Positions 12,456 through 27,600 of a DNA stretch of 64,000 nt are shown here, piece after piece (positions within the stretch are counted from its first letter, which is position 1; every line of letters begins with the position of its first letter). Under the pieces are notes generated by a model that searched no databases, had not been told where the DNA came from, and worked only from the letters and a program-made list of their open reading frames with translations. Made by a program: the position numbers and the translations under genes. The DNA is from Nemertoderma westbladi (lineage: Eukaryota > Animalia > Xenacoelomorpha), in assembly GCA_032718475.1 (NCBI GenBank), contig JAUCBJ010006859.1, forward strand, positions 1-64,000, written 5' to 3'.

Positions 12456-12644
12456 CTATTTATTTCGTTTTAACGTCCTTTGTTTCTCTCCGTGCTCCAC
12501 TAGTTTTTCTTCCACAGACAGACCTTTCCTTCGTCTCACTGAGTCCCGATATCTTGCTGCCTGGTTCTCACTGTCTGCCTTCTCTCCGAAGTGCCGCAGT
12601 TCCTCGTCTGTTGTAGGCACCCAGTACGGGTCACTCTCTATGGT
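12456..12644 (-). CDS. EFL1: Elongation factor-like GTPase 1 (EFL1/Ria1), terminal coding exon
   Basis: After the acceptor TTTATTTCTTCAG the strand reads [62 protein letters not shown], the characteristic EFL1 C-terminus. Phase 0, 63 codons including TAG. Absent from the ORF track because it has no start codon. Confidence 0.95.
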   Translation of the reverse strand, partial: TIESDPYWVPTTDEELRHFGEKADSENQAARYRDSVRRRKGLSVEEKLVEHGEKQRTLKRNK

Positions 12645-15600
12645 CTGAAGAAATAAAGTATTATTATTAATTACGGTATTTGAAGCGAATCAGTGGTTTC
12701 ACATTGCAACTTTCGTTGGGTCCAGTTGATCAAATACGAATGTTTGTACATTGGGGTTGATTATTATAGTCGCTGTAGATGATTGGTATTGGGCATTTAG
12801 AAGGCGATGAGGACGTAAATGGCAGGCATACAACGTAATAGGTCCGTCCACAATTTATGTGAGAAATTGTTAGAACGCCAGACTTCGGACAACCCGGAGG
12901 TCACCACTCACCCAACTACTTTCCTTTCCCTTTCCCTTTCCTTTCTTAATGTTACGTCGTACTAATGCCAAAATGCGACTGCTCGCAGAAAATAATGTGT
13001 TACATATTAGACACATCAAAAACTAATAATTAGCTTACCTCCCGCTCCCCGATTCTCGTGTTGTTCTATGTAAATGCCTCCCTTACTTACCTCCGGCTCC
13101 CTGATTCTCGTGTTGTTCTATGTAAATGCCTCCCTTACTTACCTCCCGCTCCCCGATTCTCGTGTTGTTCTATGTAAATGCCTCCCTTACTTACCTCCCG
13201 CTCCCTGATTCTCGTGTTGTTCTATGTAAATGCCTCCCTTACTTACCTCCCGCTCCCTGATTCTCGTGTTGTTCTATGTAAATGCCTCCCTTACTTACCT
13301 CCCGCTCCCTGATTCTCGTGTTGTTCTATGTAAATGCCTCCCTTACTTACCTCCCGCTCCCTGATTCTCGTGTTGTTCTATGTAAATGCCTCCCTTACTT
13401 ACCTCCCGCACCCCGATTCTCGTGTTGTTCTATGTAAATGCCTCCCTTACTTACCTTCCGCTCCCTGATTCTCGTGTTGTTCTATGTAAATGCCTCCCTT
13501 ACTTACCTCCTGCTCCCTGATTCTCGTGTTGTTCTATGTAAATGCCTCCCTTACTTACCTCCCGCTCCCTGATTCTCGTGTTGTTCTATGTAAATGCCTC
13601 CCTTACTTACCTCCCGCTCCCCGATTCTCGTGTTGTTCTATGTAAATGCCTCCCTTACTTACCTCCCGCTCCCTGATTCTCGTGTTGTTCTATGTAAATG
13701 CCTCCCTTACTTACCTCCTGCTCCCTGATTCTCGTGTTGTTCTATGTAAATGCCTCCCTTACTTACCTCCCGCTCCCTGATTCTCGTGTTGTTCTATGTA
13801 AATGCCTCCCTTACTTACCTCCCGCTCCCTGATTCTCGTGTTGTTCTATGTAAATGCCTCCCTTACTTACCTCCTGCTCCCTGATTCTCGTGTTGTTCTA
13901 TGTAAATGCCTCCCTTACTTACCTCCCGCTCCCTGATTCTCGTGTTGTTCTATGTAAATGCCTCCCTTACTTACCTCCCGCTCCCTGATTCTCGTGTTGT
14001 TCTATGTAAATGCCTCCCTTACTTACCTCCTGCTCCCTGATTCTCGTGTTGTTCTATGTAAATGCCTCCCTTACTTACCTCCCGCTCCCTGATTCTCGTG
14101 TTGTTCTATGTAAATGCCTCCCTTACTTACCTCGCGCTCCCTGATTCTCGTGTTGTTCTATGTAAATGCCTCCCTTACTTACCTCCTGCTCCCTGATTCT
14201 CGTGTTGTTCTATGTAAATGCCTCCCTTACTTACCTCCCGCTCCCCGATTCTCGTGTTGTTCTATGTAAATGCCTCCCTTACTTACCTCCCGCTCCCTGA
14301 TTCTCGTGTTGTTCTATGTAAATGCCTCCCTTACTTACCTCCCGCTCCCTGATTCTCGTGTTGTTCTATGTAAATGCCTCCCTTACTTACCTCCCGCTCC
14401 CTGATTCTCGTGTTGTTCTATGTAAATGCCTCCCTTACTTACCTCCCGCTCCCCGATTCTCGTGTTGTTCTATGTAAATGCCTCCCTTACTTACCTCCCG
14501 CTCCCTGATTCTCGTGTTGTTCTATGTAAATGCCTCCCTTACTTACCTCCCGCTCCCTGATTCTCGTGTTGTTCTATGTAAATGCCTCCCTTACTTACCT
14601 CCCGCTCCCCGATTCTCGTGTTGTTCTATGTAAATGCCTCCCTTACTTACCTCCCGCTCCCTGATTCTCGTGTTGTTCTATGTAAATGCCTCCCTTACTT
14701 ACCTCCCGCTCCCTGATTCTCGTGTTGTTCTATGTAAATGCCTCCCTTACTTACCTCCCGCTCCCTGATTCTCGTGTTGTTCTATGTAAATGCCTCCCTT
14801 ACTTATCTCCCGCTCCCTGATTCTCGTGTTGTTCTATGTAAATGCCTCCCTTACTTATCTCCCGCTCCCTGAGTCTCGTGTTGTTCTATGTAAATGCCTC
14901 CCTTACTTACCTCCCGCTCCCCGATTCTCGTGTTGTTCTATGTAAATGCCTCCCTTACTTACCTCCCGCTCCCTGATCCTCGTGTTGTTCTATGTAAATG
15001 CCTCCCTTACTTACCTCCCGCTCCCTGATTCTCGTGTTGTTCTATGTAAATGCCTCCCTTACTTACCTCCCGCTCCCCGATTCTCGTGTTGTTCTATGTA
15101 AATGCCTCCCTTACTTACCTCCCGCTCCCTGATTCTCGTGTTGTTCTATGTAAATACCTCCCTTACTTACCTCCCGCTCCCTGATTCACGTGTTGTTCTA
15201 TGTAAATGCCTCCCTTACTTACCTCCCGCTCCCTGATTCTCGTGTTGTTCTATGTAAATGCCTCCCTTACTTACCTCCCGCTCCCCGATTCTCGTGTTGT
15301 TCTATGTAAATGCCTCCCTTACTTACCTCCCGCTCCCTGATTCTCGTGTTGTTCTATGTAAATGCCTCCCTTACTTACCTCCCGCTCCCTGATTCTCGTG
15401 TTGTTCTATGTAAATGCCTCCCTTACTTACCTCCCGCTCCCCGATTCTCGCGTTGTTCTATGTAAATGCCTCCCTTACTTACCTCCCGCTCCCTGATTCT
15501 CGTGTTGTTCTATGTAAATACCTCCCTTACTTACCTCCCGCTCCCCGATTCTCGTGTTGTTCTATGTAAATGCCTCCCTTACTTACCTCCCGCTCCCTGA

Positions 15601-18600
15601 TTCTCGTGTTGTTCTATGTAAATGCCTCCCTTACTTACCTCCCGCTCCCTGATTCTCGTGTTGTTCTATGTAAATGCCTCCCTTACTTACCTCCCGCTCC
15701 CTGATTCTCGTGTTGTTCTATGTAAATGACTCCACTTACCTCCCGCTCCCTGATTCTCGTGTTGTTCTATGTAAATGCCTCCCTTACTTACCTCCCGCTC
15801 CCTGATTCTCGTGTTGTTCTATGTAAATGACTCCACTTACCTCCCGCTCCCTGATTCTCGTGTTGTTCTATGTAAATGCCTCCCTTACTTACCCCCCGCT
15901 CCCTGATTCTCGTGTTGTTCTATGTAAATGCCTCCCATACTTACCCCCCGCTCCCTGATTCTCGTGTTGTTCTATGTAAATGCCTCCCTTACTTACCTCC
16001 CGCTCCCTGATTCTCGTGTTGTTCTATGTAAATGCCTCCCTTACTTACCTACCGCTCCCTGATTCTCGTGTTGTTCTATGTAAATGCCTCCCTTACTTAC
16101 CTCCCGCTCCCTGATTCTCGTGTTGTTCTATGTAAATGCCTCCCATACTTACCTCCCGCTCCCTGATTCTCGTGTTGTTCTATGTAAATGCCTCCCTTAC
16201 TTACCTCCCGCTCCCCGATTGTCGTGTTGTTCTATGTAAATGCCTCCCTTACTTACCTCCCGCTCCCCGATTCTCGTGTTGTTCTATGTAAATGCCTCCC
16301 TTACTTACCTCCCGCTCCCTGATTCTCGTGTTGTTCTATGTAAATGCCTCCCTTACTTACCTCCCGCTCCCTGATTCTCGTGTTGTTCTATGTAAATGCC
16401 TCCCTTACTTACCTCCCGCTCCCTGATTCTCGTGTTGTTCTATGTAAATGCCTCCCTTACTTACCTCCCGCTCCCCGATTCTCGTGTTGTTCTATGTAAA
16501 TGCCTCCCTTACTTACCTCCCGCTCCCTGATTCTCGTGTTGTTCTATGTAAATGCCTCCCTTACTTACCTCCCGCTCCCTGATTCTCGTGTTGTTCTATG
16601 TAAATGCCTCCCATACTTACCTCCCGCTCCCTGATTCTCGTGTTGTTCTATGTAAATGCCTCCCTTACTTACCTCCCGCTCCCTGATTATCGTGTTGTTC
16701 TATGTAATTGCCTCCCTTACTTACCTCCCGCTCCCCGATTCTCGTGTTGTTCTATGTAAATGCCTCCCTTACTTACCTCCCGCTCCCTGATTATCGTGTT
16801 GTTCTATGTAAATGCCTCCCTTACTTACCTCCCGCTCCCTGATTCTCGTGTTGTTCTATGTAAATGCCTCCCATACTTACCTCCCGCTCCCTGATTCTCG
16901 TGTTGTTCTATGTAAATGCCTCCCTTACTTACCTCCTGCTCCCTGATTCTCGTGTTGTTCTATGTAAATGCCTCCCTTACTTACCTCCCGCTCCCCGATT
17001 CTCGTGTTGTTCTATGTAAATGCCTCCCTTACTTACCTCCCGCTCCCTGATTCTCGTGTTGTTCTATGTAAATGCCTCCCTTACTTACCTCCCGCTCCCT
17101 GATTCTCGTGTTGTTCTATGTAAATGCTTCCCTTACTTACCTCCCGCTCCCCGATTCTCGTGTTGTTCTATGTAAATGCCTCCCTTACTTACCTCCCGCT
17201 CCCTGATTCTCGTGTTGTTCTATGTAAATGCTTCCCTTACTTACCTCCCGCTCCCCGATTCTCGTGTTGTTCTATGTAAATGCCTCCCTTACTTACCTCC
17301 CGCTCCCTGATTCTCGTGTTGTTCTATGTAAATGCTTCCCTTACTTACCTCCCGCTCCCCGATTCTCGTGTTGTTCTATGTAAATGCCTCCCTTACTTAC
17401 CTCCCGCTCCCTGATTATCGTGTTGTTCTATGTAAATGCTTCCCTTACTTACCTCCCGCTCCCCGATTCTCGTGTTGTTCTATGTAAATGCCTCCCTTAC
17501 TTACCTCCCGCTCCCTGATTCTCGTGTTGTTCTATGTAAATGCTTCCCTTACTTACCTCCCGCTCCCCGATTCTCGTGTTGTTCTATGTAAATGCCTCCC
17601 TTACTTACCTCCCGCTCCCTGATTATCGTGTTGTTCTATGTAATTGCCTCCCTTACTTACCTCCCGCTCCCCGATTCTCGTGTTGTTCTATGTAAATGCC
17701 TCCCTTACTTACCTCCCGCTCCCTGATTATCGTGTTGTTCTATGTAAATGCCTACCTTACTTACCTCCCGCTCCCCGATTCTCGTGTTGTTCTATGTAAA
17801 TGCCTCCCTCACTTACCTCCCGCTCCCTGATTCTCGTGTTGTTCTATGTAAAGGCCTCCCATACTTACCTCCCGCTCCCTGATTCTCGTGTTGTTCTATG
17901 TAAATGCCTCCCTTACTTACCTCCCGCTCCCTGATTCTCGTGTTGTTCTATGTAAATGCCTCCCTTACTTACCTCCCGCTCCCTGATTATCGTGTTGTTC
18001 TATGTAATTGCCTCCCTTACTTACCTCCCGCTCCCTGATTCTCGTGTTGTTCTATGTAATTGCCTCCCTTACTTACCTCCCGCTCCCCGATTCTCGTGTT
18101 GTTCTATGTAAATGCCTCCCTTACTTACCTCCCGCTCCCTGATTATCGTGTTGTTCTATGTAATTGCCTCCCTTACTTACCTCCCGCTCCCTGATTCTCG
18201 TGTTGTTCTATGTAAATGCTTCCACTTACCTCCCGCTCCCCGATTCTCGTGTTGTTCTATGTAAATGCTTCCACTTACCTCCCGCTCCCCGATTCTCGTG
18301 TTGTTCTATGTAAATGCCTCCCTTACTTACCTCCCGCTCCCTGATTATCGTGTTGTTCTATGTAATTGCCTCCCTTACTTACCTCCCGCTCCCTGATTCT
18401 CGTGTTGTTCTATGTAAATGCTTCCACTTACCTCCCGCTCCCCGATTCTCGTGTTGTTCTATGTAAATGCTTCCACTTACCTCCCGCTCCCCGATTCTCG
18501 TGTTGTTCTATGTAATTGCCTCCCTTACTTACCTCCCGCTCCCCGATTCTCGTGTTGTTCTATGTAATTGCCTCCCTTACTTACCTCCCGCTCCCCGATT

Positions 18601-21600
18601 CTCGTGTTGTTCTATGTAAATGCTTCCCTTACTTACCTCCCGCTCCCCGATTCTCGTGTTGTTCTATGTAAATGCCTCCCTTACTTACCTCCCGCTCCCT
18701 GATTCTCGTGTTGTTCTATGTAAATGCCTCCCTTACTTACCTCCCGCTCCCTGATTCTCGTGTTGTTCTATGTAAATGCCTCCCTTACTTATCTCCCGCT
18801 CCCTGATTCTCGTGTTGTTCTATGTAAATGCCTCCCTTACTTATCTCCCGCTCCCTGAGTCTCGTGTTGTTCTATGTAAATGCCTCCCTTACTTACCTCC
18901 CGCTCCCCGATTCTCGTGTTGTTCTATGTAAATGCCTCCCTTACTTACCTCCCGCTCCCTGATCCTCGTGTTGTTCTATGTAAATGCCTCCCTTACTTAC
19001 CTCCCGCTCCCTGATTCTCGTGTTGTTCTATGTAAATGCCTCCCTTACTTACCTCCCGCTCCCCGATTCTCGTGTTGTTCTATGTAAATGCCTCCCTTAC
19101 TTACCTCCCGCTCCCTGATTCTCGTGTTGTTCTATGTAAATACCTCCCTTACTTACCTCCCGCTCCCTGATTCACGTGTTGTTCTATGTAAATGCCTCCC
19201 TTACTTACCTCCCGCTCCCTGATTCTCGTGTTGTTCTATGTAAATGCCTCCCTTACTTACCTCCCGCTCCCCGATTCTCGTGTTGTTCTATGTAAATGCC
19301 TCCCTTACTTACCTCCCGCTCCCTGATTCTCGTGTTGTTCTATGTAAATGCCTCCCTTACTTACCTCCCGCTCCCTGATTCTCGTGTTGTTCTATGTAAA
19401 TGCCTCCCTTACTTACCTCCCGCTCCCCGATTCTCGTGTTGTTCTATGTAAATGCCTCCCTTACTTACCTCCCGCTCCCTGATTCTCGTGTTGTTCTATG
19501 TAAATACCTCCCTTACTTACCTCCCGCTCCCCGATTCTCGTGTTGTTCTATGTAAATGCCTCCCTTACTTACCTCCCGCTCCCTGATTCTCGTGTTGTTC
19601 TATGTAAATGCCTCCCTTACTTACCTCCCGCTCCCTGATTCTCGTGTTGTTCTATGTAAATGCCTCCCTTACTTACCTCCCGCTCCCTGATTCTCGTGTT
19701 GTTCTATGTAAATGACTCCACTTACCTCCCGCTCCCTGATTCTCGTGTTGTTCTATGTAAATGCCTCCCTTACTTACCTCCCGCTCCCTGATTCTCGTGT
19801 TGTTCTATGTAAATGACTCCACTTACCTCCCGCTCCCTGATTCTCGTGTTGTTCTATGTAAATGCCTCCCTTACTTACCCCCCGCTCCCTGATTCTCGTG
19901 TTGTTCTATGTAAATGCCTCCCATACTTACCTCCCGCTCCCCGATTCTCGTGTTGTTCTATGTAAATGACTCCCTTACTTACCTCCCGCTCCCTGATTCT
20001 CGTGTTGTTCTATGTAAATGACTCCACTTACCTCCCGCTCCCTGATTCTCGTGTTGTTCTATGTAAATGCCTCCCTTACTTACCTCCCGCTCCCCGATTC
20101 TCGTGTTGTTCTATGTAAATGACTCCCTTACTTACCTCCCGCTCCCTGATTCTCGTGTTGTTCTATGTAAATGACTCCACTTACCTCCCGCTCCCTGATT
20201 CTCGTGTTGTTCTATGTAAATGCCTCCCTTACTTACCTCCCGCTCCCTGATTCTCGTGTTGTTCTATGTAAATGACTCCACTTACCTCCCGCTCCCTGAT
20301 TCTCGTGTTGTTCTATGTAAATGCCTCCCTTACTTACCTCCCGCTCCCCGATTCTCGTGTTGTTCTATGTAAATGCCTCCCTTACTTACCTCCCGCTCCC
20401 TGATTCTCGTGTTGTTCTATGTAAATGCCTCCCTTACTTACCTCCTGCTCCCTGATTCTCGTGTTGTTCTATGTAAATGCCTCCCTTACTTACCCCCCGC
20501 TCCCTGATTCTCGTGTTGTTCTATGTAAATGCCTCCCTTACTTACCTCCCGCTCCCTGATTCTCGTGTTGTTCTATGTAAATGCCTACCTTACTTACCTC
20601 CCGCTCCCCGATTCTCGTGTTGTTCTATGTAAATGCCTCCCTTACTTACCTCCCGCTCCCTGATTCTCGTGTTGTTCTATGTAAATGCCTACCTTACTTA
20701 CCTCCCGCTCCCCGATTCTCGTGTTGTTCTATGTAAATGCCTCCCTTACTTACCCCCCGCTCCCTGATTCTCGTGTTGTTCTATGTAAATGCCTCCCTTA
20801 CTTACCTCCCGCTCCCTGATTCTCGTGTTGTTCTATGTAAATGCCTCCCTTACTTACCTCCCGCTCCCTGATTCTCGTGTTGTTCTATGTAAATGCCTAC
20901 CTTACTTACCTCCCGCTCCCCGATTCTCGTGTTGTTCTATGTAAATGCCTCCCTTACTTACCTCCCGCTCCCTGATTCTCGTGTTGTTCTATGTAAATGC
21001 CTCCCTTACTTACCTCCCGCTCCCTGATTCTCGTGTTGTTCTATGTAAATGCCTCCCTTACTTACCCCCCGCTCCCTGATTCTCGTGTTGTTCTATGTAA
21101 ATGCCTCCCTTACTTACCTCCCGCTCCCTGATTCTCGTGTTGTTCTATGTAAATGCCTCCCTTACTTACCTCCCGCTCCCTGATTCTCGTGTTGTTCTAT
21201 GTAAATGCCTCCCTTACTTACCTCCCGCTCCCCGATTCTCGTGTTGTTCTATGTAAATGCCTCCCTTACTTACCTCCCGCTCCCTGATTCTCGTGTTGTT
21301 CTATGTAAATGCCTCCCTTACTTACCTCCCGCTCCCCGATTCTCGTGTTGTTCTATGTAATTGCCTCCCTTACTTACCTCCCGCTCCCCGATTCTCGTGT
21401 TGTTCTATGTAAATGCCTCCCTTACTTACCTCCCGCTCCCTGATTATCGTGTTGTTCTATGTAATTGCCTCCCTTACTTACCTCCCGCTCCCTGATTCTC
21501 GTGTTGTTCTATGTAATTGCCTCCCTTACTTACCTCCCGCTCCCCGATTCTCGTGTTGTTCTATGTAAATGCCTCCCTTACTTACCTCCCGCTCCCCGAT

Positions 21601-24600
21601 TCTCGTGTTGTTCTATGTAAATGCCTCCCTTACTTACCTCCCGCTCCCTGATTATCGTGTTGTTCTATGTAATTGCCTCCCTTACTTACCTCCCGCTCCC
21701 CGATTCTCGTGTTGTTCTATGTAAATGCCTCCCTTACTTACCTCCCGCTCCCTGATTATCGTGTTGTTCTATGTAATTGCCTCCCTTACTTACCTCCCGC
21801 TCCCTGATTCTCGTGTTGTTCTATGTAATTGCCTCCCTTACTTACCTCCCGCTCCCCGATTCTCGTGTTGTTCTATGTAATTGCCTCCCTTACTTACCTC
21901 CCGCTCCCCGATTCTCGTGTTGTTCTATGTAAATGCTTCCCTTACTTACCTCCCGCTCCCCGATTCTCGTGTTGTTCTATGTAAATGCCTCCCTTACTTA
22001 CCTCCCGCTCCCTGATTCTCGTGTTGTTCTATGTAAATGCCTCCCTTACTTACCACCCGCTCCCTGATTCTCGTGTTGTTCTATGTAAATGCCTCCCTTA
22101 CTTACCTCCCGCTCCCTGATTCTCGTGTTGTTCTATGTAAATGCCTCCCTTACTTACCTCCCGCTCCCTGATTCTCGTGTTGTTCTATGTAAATGCCTCC
22201 CTTACTTACCTCCCGCTCCCTGATTCTCGTGTTGTTCTATGTAAATGCCTCCCTTACTTACCTCCCGCTCCCCGATTCTCGTGTTGTTCTATGTAAATGC
22301 CTCCCTTACTTACCTCCCGCTCCCCGATTCTCGTGTTGTTCTATGTAAATGCCTCCCTTACTTACCTCCCGCTCCCTGATTCTCGTGTTGTTCTATGTAA
22401 ATGCCTCCCTTACTTACCTCCCGCTCCCTGATTCTCGTGTTGTTCTATGTAAATGCCTCCCTTACTTACCTCCCGCTCCCTGATTCTCGTGTTGTTCTAT
22501 GTAAATGCCTCCCTTACTTACCTTCCGCTCCCTGATTCTCGTGTTGTTCTATGTAAATGCCTCCCTTACTTACCTCCTGCTCCCTGATTCTCGTGTTGTT
22601 CTATGTAAATGCCTCCCTTACTTACCTCCCGCTCCCTGATTCTCGTGTTGTTCTATGTAAATGCCTCCCTTACTTACCTCCCGCTCCCCGATTCTCGTGT
22701 TGTTCTATGTAAATGCCTCCCTTACTTACCTCCCGCTCCCTGATTCTCGTGTTGTTCTATGTAAATGCCTCCCTTACTTACCTCCTGCTCCCTGATTCTC
22801 GTGTTGTTCTATGTAAATGCCTCCCTTACTTACCTCCCGCTCCCGCTCCCTGATTCTCGTGTTGTTCTATGTAAATGCCTCCCTTACTTACCTCCCGCTC
22901 CCTGATTCTCGTGTTGTTCTATGTAAATGCCTCCCTTACTTACCTCCTGCTCCCTGATTCTCGTGTTGTTCTATGTAAATGCCTCCCTTACTTACCTCCC
23001 GCTCCCTGATTCTCGTGTTGTTCTATGTAAATGCCTCCCTTACTTACCTCCCGCTCCCTGATTCTCGTGTTGTTCTATGTAAATGCCTCCCTTACTTACC
23101 TCCTGCTCCCTGATTCTCGTGTTGTTCTATGTAAATGCCTCCCTTACTTACCTCCCGCTCCCTGATTCTCGTGTTGTTCTATGTAAATGCCTCCCTTACT
23201 TACCTCGCGCTCCCTGATTCTCGTGTTGTTCTATGTAAATGCCTCCCTTACTTACCTCCTGCTCCCTGATTCTCGTGTTGTTCTATGTAAATGCCTCCCT
23301 TACTTACCTCCCGCTCCCCGATTCTCGTGTTGTTCTATGTAAATGCCTCCCTTACTTACCTCCCGCTCCCTGATTCTCGTGTTGTTCTATGTAAATGCCT
23401 CCCTTACTTACCTCCCGCTCCCTGATTCTCGTGTTGTTCTATGTAAATGCCTCCCTTACTTACCTCCCGTTCCCCGATTCTCGTGTTGTTCTATGTAAAT
23501 GCCCCCCTTACTTACCTCCCGCTCCCCGATTCTCGTGTTGTTCTATGTAAATGCCTCCACTTACCTCCCGCTCCCCGATTCTCGTGTTGTTCTATGTAAA
23601 TGCCTCCCTTACTTAACTCCCGCTCCCCGATTCTAGTGTTGTTCTATGTAAATGCCTCCCTTACTTACCTCCCGCTCCCCGATTCTCGTGTTGTTCTATG
23701 TAAATGCCTCCCTTACTTACCTCCCGTTCCCCGATTCTCGTGTTGTTCTATGTAAATGCCCCCCTTACTTACCTCCCGCTCCCCGATTCTCGTGTTGTTC
23801 TATGTAAATGCCTCCACTTACCTCCCGCTCCCCGATTCTCGTGTTGTTCTATGTAAATGCCTCCCTTACTTACCTCCCGCTCCCCGATTCTCGTGTTGTT
23901 CTATGTAAATGCCTCCACTTACCTCCCGCTCCCCGATTCTCGTGTTGTTCTATGTAAATGCCTCCCTTACTTCCTCCCGCTCCCTGATTCTCGTGTTGTT
24001 CTATGTAAATGCCTCCCTTACTTACCTCCCGCTCCCCGATTCTCGTGTTGTTCTATGTAAATGCCTCCCTTACTTACCTCCCGCTCCCTGATTCTCGTGT
24101 TGTTCTATGTAAATGCCTCCCTTACTTACCTCCCGCTCCCTGATTCTCGTGTTGTTCTATGTAAATGCCTCCCTTACTTACCTCCCGCTCCCTGATTCTC
24201 GTGTTGTTCTATGTAAATGACTCCACTTACCTCCCGCTCCCTGATTCTCGTGTTGTTCTATGTAAATGCCTCCCTTACTTACCTCCCGCTCCCTGATTCT
24301 CGTGTTGTTCTATGTAAATGACTCCACTTACCTCCCGCTCCCTGATTCTCGTGTTGTTCTATGTAAATGCCTCCCTTACTTACCCCCCTCTCCCTGATTC
24401 TCGTGTTGTTCTATGTAAATGCCTCCCATACTTACCTCCCGCTCCCCGATTCTCGTGTTGTTCTATGTAAATGACTCCCTTACTTACCTCCCGCTCCCTG
24501 ATTCTCGTGTTGTTCTATGTAAATGACTCCACTTACCTCCCGCTCCCTGATTCTCGTGTTGTTCTATGTAAATGCCTCCCTTACTTACCTCCCGCTCCCC

Positions 24601-27600
24601 GATTCTCGTGTTGTTCTATGTAAATGACTCCCTTACTTACCTCCCGCTCCCTGATTCTCGTGTTGTTCTATGTAAATGACTCCACTTACCTCCCGCTCCC
24701 TGATTCTCGTGTTGTTCTATGTAAATGCCTCCCTTACTTACCTCCCGCTCCCTGATTCTCGTGTTGTTCTATGTAAATGACTCCACTTACCTCCCGCTCC
24801 CTGATTCTCGTGTTGTTCTATGTAAATGCCTCCCTTACTTACCTCCCGCTCCCCGATTCTCGTGTTGTTCTATGTAAATGCCTCCCTTACTTACCTCCCG
24901 CTCCCTGATTCTCGTGTTGTTCTATGTAAATGCCTCCCTTACTTACCTCCTGCTCCCTGATTCTCGTGTTGTTCTATGTAAATGCCTCCCTTACTTACCC
25001 CCCGCTCCCTGATTCTCGTGTTGTTCTATGTAAATGCCTCCCTTACTTACCTCCCGCTCCCTGATTCTCGTGTTGTTCTATGTAAATGCCTACCTTACTT
25101 ACCTCCCGCTCCCCGATTCTCGTGTTGTTCTATGTAAATGCCTCCCTTACTTACCTCCCGCTCCCTGATTCTCGTGTTGTTCTATGTAAATGCCTCCCTT
25201 ACTTACCTCCCGCTCCCTGATTATCGTGTTGTTCTATGTAATTGCCTCCCTTACTTACCTCCCGCTCCCTGATTCTCGTGTTGTTCTATGTAAATGCCTC
25301 CCTTACTTACCTCCCGCTCCCTGATTATCGTGTTGTTCTATGTAAATGCCTCCCTTACTTACCTCCCGCTCCCTGATTCTCGTGTTGTTCTATGTAAATG
25401 CCTCCCTTACTTACCTCCCGCTCCCTGATTCTCGTGTTGTTCTATGTAAATGCCTCCCTTACTTACCTCCCGCTCCCTGATTCTCGTGTTGTTCTATGTA
25501 AATGCCTCCCTTACTTACCTCCCGCTCCCTGATTCTCGTGTTGTTCTATGTAAATGCCTCCCTTACTTACCTCCCGCTCCCTGATTCTCGTGTTGTTCTA
25601 TGTAAATGCCTCCCTTACTTACCTCCCGCTCCCCGATTCTCGTGTTGTTCTATGTAAATGCCTCCCTTACTTACCTCCCGCTCCCCGATTCTCGTGTTGT
25701 TCTATGTAAATGCCTCCCTTACTTACCTCCCGCTCCCTGATTCTCGTGTTGTTCTATGTAAATGCCTCCCTTACTTACCTCCCGCTCCCTGATTCTCGTG
25801 TTGTTCTATGTAAATGCCTCCCTTACTTACCTCCCGCTCCCTGATTCTCGTGTTGTTCTATGTAAATGCCTCCCTTACTTACCTTCCGCTCCCTGATTCT
25901 CGTGTTGTTCTATGTAAATGCCTCCCTTACTTACCTCCTGCTCCCTGATTCTCGTGTTGTTCTATGTAAATGCCTCCCTTACTTACCTCCCGCTCCCTGA
26001 TTCTCGTGTTGTTCTATGTAAATGCCTCCCTTACTTACCTCCCGCTCCCCGATTCTCGTGTTGTTCTATGTAAATGCCTCCCTTACTTACCTCCCGCTCC
26101 CTGATTCTCGTGTTGTTCTATGTAAATGCCTCCCTTACTTACCTCCTGCTCCCTGATTCTCGTGTTGTTCTATGTAAATGCCTCCCTTACTTACCTCCCG
26201 CTCCCGCTCCCTGATTCTCGTGTTGTTCTATGTAAATGCCTCCCTTACTTACCTCCCGCTCCCTGATTCTCGTGTTGTTCTATGTAAATGCCTCCCTTAC
26301 TTACCTCCTGCTCCCTGATTCTCGTGTTGTTCTATGTAAATGCCTCCCTTACTTACCTCCCGCTCCCTGATTCTCGTGTTGTTCTATGTAAATGCCTCCC
26401 TTACTTACCTCCCGCTCCCTGATTCTCGTGTTGTTCTATGTAAATGCCTCCCTTACTTACCTCCTGCTCCCTGATTCTCGTGTTGTTCTATGTAAATGCC
26501 TCCCTTACTTACCTCCCGCTCCCTGATTCTCGTGTTGTTCTATGTAAATGCCTCCCTTACTTACCTCGCGCTCCCTGATTCTCGTGTTGTTCTATGTAAA
26601 TGCCTCCCTTACTTACCTCCTGCTCCCTGATTCTCGTGTTGTTCTATGTAAATGCCTCCCTTACTTACCTCCCGCTCCCCGATTCTCGTGTTGTTCTATG
26701 TAAATGCCTCCCTTACTTACCTCCCGCTCCCTGATTCTCGTGTTGTTCTATGTAAATGCCTCCCTTACTTACCTCCCGCTCCCTGATTCTCGTGTTGTTC
26801 TATGTAAATGCCTCCCTTACTTACCTCCCGTTCCCCGATTCTCGTGTTGTTCTATGTAAATGCCCCCCTTACTTACCTCCCGCTCCCCGATTCTCGTGTT
26901 GTTCTATGTAAATGCCTCCACTTACCTCCCGCTCCCCGATTCTCGTGTTGTTCTATGTAAATGCCTCCCTTACTTAACTCCCGCTCCCCGATTCTAGTGT
27001 TGTTCTATGTAAATGCCTCCCTTACTTACCTCCCGCTCCCCGATTCTCGTGTTGTTCTATGTAAATGCCTCCCTTACTTACCTCCCGTTCCCCGATTCTC
27101 GTGTTGTTCTATGTAAATGCCTCCCTTACTTACCTCCCGCTCCCTGATTCTCGTGTTGTTCTATGTAAATGCCTCCCTTACTTACCTCCCGCTCCCTGAT
27201 TCTCGTGTTGTTCTATGTAAATGCCTCCCTTACTTACCTCCCGCTCCCCGATTCTCGTGTTGTTCTATGTAAATGCCTCCCTTACTTACCTCCCGCTCCC
27301 CGATTCTCGTGTTGTTCTATGTAAATGCCTCCCTTACTTACCTCCCGCTCCCTGATTCTCGTGTTGTTCTATGTAAATGCCTCCCTTACTTACCTCCCGC
27401 TCCCTGATTCTCGTGTTGTTCTATGTAAATGCCTCCCTTACTTACCTCCCGCTCCCTGATTCTCGTGTTGTTCTATGTAAATGCCTCCCTTACTTACCTT
27501 CCGCTCCCTGATTCTCGTGTTGTTCTATGTAAATGCCTCCCTTACTTACCTCCTGCTCCCTGATTCTCGTGTTGTTCTATGTAAATGCCTCCCTTACTTA

